A stretch of 64,000 nucleotides of DNA from Hypanus sabinus (Eukaryota): NCBI RefSeq assembly GCF_030144855.1, contig NC_082716.1, positions 43,834,001-43,898,000 of the forward strand, in the 5' to 3' direction. Of the stretch, positions 59,630 through 64,000 are shown piece by piece. The position numbers and the translations under genes were made by a program. Each line of letters opens with the position of its first letter. The first letter of the stretch is position 1. The notes under the pieces were generated by a model. The model did no database searches and had not been told where the DNA came from. It saw nothing but the letters and a program-made list of their open reading frames with translations.

Positions 59630-62470
59630 AAGTGGACAAAAGTACATTGCGATGGCCTGAAGAGAGGTAGGAGGACAGAACTCCAAGCCAGACTGAAGCA
59701 TAGGGGAATGAAACTTCCTTTACCCAGCATCTTGTTAGCAAATTTACAGTTGGTGTAGAACCTAAGAGCAAGTTTGCTGTATCAGAGGGAAATGAGAAAT
59801 TGCTGCTTTCTGTGTTTCATGGGGACATGGCTCACTCAGACACGTCAGATACATTGGTGAGATCTGAGGGCTTCTCAATAAACAGGATAGACTGGACTGC
59901 TGGTTCGGAGAAGGCAAAAGCTGGGAGACTGTTTTTCATGATAAATTGTTTGTGGTGTTTGGACACAGTGGTCTTGTCACATTCTTGTTCTCCCGACCTG
60001 GATCCCCAGATCTTATAAGTAGTGCTGACCACACAACTTACAAGAAAGTTCTCCATGATCCTGACTGCAGTTTACATGCTGACAAAGGCCGATGTTGATC
60101 AGGTATTCGAGATATTAAATGCTGCCATTAGCAAACAAGAAGCAGCCTTCGTGATGTCTTTCAAATCATTGTCGGGTCTTCAATCAGGCTTCTTTGAAGA
60201 AACCTCTGCACAGTTATCATCACCATTTAACCTGAAGCACTATGGTTTCCAACACATTCGACCACTGCTTACCATTCCATGTTGAGATGGCATTTTGGGA
60301 AACCTGCTGTCCTTCTCCTATCTGCATACAGCCAGTGACTAAACAGCAAAGCTCCAGCAATAAGGACAACAAAAAGCTGGTTATGGGAGGCAGAGGAATG
60401 GCTTCAAGTTGATGGATTGGGCCATGTTCAAGGACTCATCAGAGGATCTGAATTAGTGCACCACAGTTGTCATGGACTTTATGATTTGAAAGGCATCAGG
60501 GTAGGCCGTTTCTTGTAGACAAGTGTGTGTTCACAGAAATATTATATTTCCCCAGCCAAAGGCCTTGGATGACCCATGAGATCTGCAACCTGCAGAGGGC
60601 CAGATCTGGTGACCAAGTGGGATACAACAGGTCCAGGTACAATCTCCTGAAAGCCATCTCACATGCGAAGTGGCAATTCTGAATCACTGAAGAATGCTCA
60701 ACAGCTGTTGCAGGGCTTGAATGCAATTACCTCTTCCAAAACAAATCCAAGCAAACATAGGTGACAACAAAGCTTTGCTGCCAGATGAGCTAAATGCCTT
60801 CTATGCTCACTTTGACCATCAAAACATGGAGGAACCTTCACAAACTCCCACAGTCACTGTTCATCCTGTGATTTCAGTCTCTGAGGCCAATGTGAGAGCA
60901 TCCTTTAGGAGGGTGAACCCACAGAAAGGCTCCAGCCTAGCTAGGGTACCTGACCAAGTACTAAAGACCAGAACTGATCAACTGGCTGGAGTGTTTACCA
61001 ATTTCTTTAACCTCTTTGACAGTCAGAGGTACCCATTTGCTTCAAGCAAGCTTCAGTTATACCAGTGCCTAAGATGAACATGGTAACCTGCCTCAATGAC
61101 TATCGTCCAGTAACACTAACATTCACTGTGATGAAGTGCTTCATATCCACTCCAATTTGCCCATCATCACCACAGATCCACAGTAGATGCCATTTCATAG
61201 GCTCTTCACTCAACACAAGAACATTGGACAGTGAAGTTGCATACATCAGGATGTTCTTCATCGACTACAACTCAGCATTCAATTCTACCATCCCCTCAAA
61301 ACTAAACAATAAGCTTCAAGATCTAGACCTCGATAACTCTTTGTGCATTGGATCCTTGCTTTCCTTAGTTGCAGACCCCTGTCAGTTCGGATTGGCAAAA
61401 ACATCTTCTCCAAAATTTCCATCAGCACAAGTGCGTGACAAGGCTGTATGCTTAGCCCCATTCTCTACTTGCTCTACACTTATGATTGTGAAGGACAGAT
61501 GAAATGCTCAAATGCCATATTTAAGTTTGCTGATGACCCCACTGATGTTGGCTAAGTTAAAGGTGATGACGAATCAGCATATAGAAGGGAAACCGAAAAT
61601 CTGGTTGAGTGATGCCACAAAATCAACTTTTCACTCAATGTCAGCAAGACCAAGGAGCTGATTATTGACTTTGGGAGGAGGAAACTGGAGATCCATGAGC
61701 CAGTCCTCATTGGAGGACCAGACGTGAAGAGAATCAGCAACTTTAAATTCCTTGGTGTTATCATTTCAGAGGATCTGTCCTGGGTCCAGCATGTAAGTGC
61801 TATTAGAAGAAAGCACGACAGTGCCTTTACTTCCTCAGAAGTTTGCAAAGTTTTGGCATGATGTGTAAAACTTCAATCAACTTATATAGATATATAGTGG
61901 AGAGTATATTGACTGGTTGCATCAAGCCTGATCTCCATGGATACATCTCCACACCATACTTGAACATCTCCATGCTTGAACAGAAAATATTTCAAAAAAT
62001 AATGGATGTAGCCCAGTCCATCACAGGTAACACCCTTCTCACTGTGCTCTCTACTCATTACTGCCATCAGAAAGAAGGTCCAAGTGTCTCAGGAACCACA
62101 CCTCCAGGTTCAGGAACAGTTATTACCCCTCAACATCAGGCTCTTGAACCAGAGGGGATAATTTCACTCAACTTCACTCGCCTCATCACTGAACTGTTTC
62201 CACAACCTATGAACTCACTTTCAAGCACTCTTCATCTCATGCTCTCGATATTTTTTGTTTATTTAGTTGTAATTATTATTATTTCTTGCTTTATTCCTTT
62301 TTGTATTTGCACAGTTTGTTTTCATTTGCTTACTGGTTGTTTGCCTGTTCTGTTGGGTGCAGATGGTTTCTATTGTATTTTTTGGATTTACTCTATAAGT
62401 CCTCAAGAAAATGACTCCCAGGGTTGCATAAAGTGACATATATGTACTTCAATAATAAATTTACTTTGAA
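59630..62470 (+). mobile_element. Rex1/Babar LINE, long and degenerate (endonuclease to 3' end)
   Basis: LPSILLANL (endonuclease start), LPDELNAFYAHF, NDYRPVTLT, FIDYNSAFN, KFADD; actttgaacttt tail. Confidence 0.88.
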
Positions 62471-62479
62471 CTTTAGTAC

Positions 62480-63046
62480 AAGTAAAGCATTCAACATGGT
62501 CCCGCATAGTAGGCAGATCCAGAAGGTTAACACACATTGGATCCATGATGTCTTAATAGAATGGATGCAAAATTTGCTTAGTCGTAGAAGATGGAGGATA
62601 GTGGTAGAGGGGTATTATTCTGAAAGGAGATCTATGACCAGTGGTATTCTATAGGGATTAGAGCTGGGACTTCAGTTTGTGATGTATGTAAATGATCTGG
62701 ATGAAAGTGGAGGTGGTCTTATTAGTAACTTTGCAGATTATAGGAAGTATGGTGGAGTTGTGGAAAGTGAGGAAAGTTGTGAAAGGATAGAGCAGGGTAT
62801 GGAACAGTAGGAAGTATGGGCAGAAAAATAGTAGGTAAAGTTTAATCTGGACAAGTGTGAACTGTTTCACTTTGGAAGGTCAAACTAAGAGTGAATGACA
62901 GGACAATTGAGAACACTGATGGGGTGGAAGCTCATAGGTCCCTGAAAGTGGCAACATTAGCAGATAGGATGCTGATAAGGGTGTATTGTCTTAATCAGTT
63001 GGGACGTGGAGTAGAAGTGTAGGGAAGACATTTTGCAGCTGTATAA
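62480..63046 (+). mobile_element. CR1 RT fragment
   Basis: SKAFNMVPHSR...IEWMQNLL. Confidence 0.75.
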
Positions 63047-64000
63047 ACTGCGAACCCCTGCAGAATCTGGTGACCCTGTAATCTCTGTATCAGTGGTCGT
63101 TGTCAGAACATCTTTCATGAGGGTGAGCCCTTTCAAGATGTCAAGCCTTGATGGTGTACCTGATAGGGCTCTGAAAACCTGTGCCAATCAAATGGTGGGT
63201 GTGTTGAAGGACATCTTCAATCTCTCACTGGTGCAGACAGAAGTTCCCACCTGCTTCAAAAGGAAGGCAATCATACCAGTGCCCAAGAAGAGAAGGCTGA
63301 GCTATCTCAATGACTGTCACCCAGTTGTATTCACATCTACTGTGATGAAGTGCTTTGTGAAGTTAGTAATGGCCAGAATCAACTCCCACCTAAAAAAGGA
63401 CCTGGACCTGGTGCAATTTGCCTATCACCACAATAAGTCTGCAGCAGATGTAATCTCATTGGTTCTCCACTTGGCTTTGGATCACCTGGACAAAAGTCAG
63501 GCTGCTGTTTATTGATTACAGCTCAGCATTCAACACCGTTATACCCTGAGTACTAATAAACAAGCTGCAAAACCTGAGCCTCTGCACTTCCCTCTGCAAC
63601 TGGATCCTTGACTTCCTCACCAGGAGACCACAATCAGTGCAGATCAGAAATAACATCTACTCCTCACGGACAATCTACACTGATGCACCTCAAAGGATGT
63701 GTTTTGAGCCTACCACTTTATTCTCTATATAGCCACAACTGTGTGGCTAGGCAAAGCTCAAATGCCATTTATAAATTTGCAAATGACACAACTATTGTTG
63801 GTAGAATTTCAGGTGGTGAGGAGGAGGTGCACAGGAGTGAAATAGATCAGCTGGTTAAGTGGTGACGCAACAACAACTTTGCACTCAATGTCAGTAAGAC
63901 CAGAGAATTGATTGTGGACTTCAGGAAGGGGAAGTCAAGGGAACACACACCGGTCCTCATTGAGGGATCAGTAGTGAAAAGGGTGAGAAGTTTCAAGTTC
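63047..64000 (+). mobile_element. Rex1/Babar RT fragment running off the window
   Basis: DGVPDRALKTCANQ, IIPVPKK, QFAYHHN, KFANDTTIVG. Confidence 0.88.

Overview
Vertebrate genomic DNA, AT-rich and repeat-dense; the repeat families (V-SINE/HE1-like SINEs, CR1, Rex1/Babar, Penelope-like) suggest a cartilaginous fish, probably a ray (inference). Host genes: the 5' part of BTF3L4 on the minus strand (coding exons 21500-21553 and 14734-14847; later exons lie left of the window) and a complete 7-exon TXNDC12/ERp18 on the plus strand (32537-43235, 168 aa, CGAC active site, C-terminus TDEF). A third CpG-rich promoter at about 50.6-51.8 kb is probably RAB3B by synteny. The rest is mostly degenerate, often nested transposable elements. 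These include two CsRn1-clade Ty3/Gypsy proviruses plus solo LTRs, Tc1 inside Tc1, hAT MITEs, a Tigger fragment and LINE/SINE fragments. The most interesting sequence-level signals are (i) minimal, helix-III-less hammerhead ribozyme motifs carried by Penelope-like elements and by short TSD-flanked fold-back derivatives, and (ii) an intact -1 ribosomal frameshift cassette (G GGA AAC plus a predicted H-type pseudoknot) at the gag-pol junction of a tRNA-Trp-primed, CHCC-type Gypsy element. All calls were made by eye, without database searches; boundaries of old LINE fragments are approximate.
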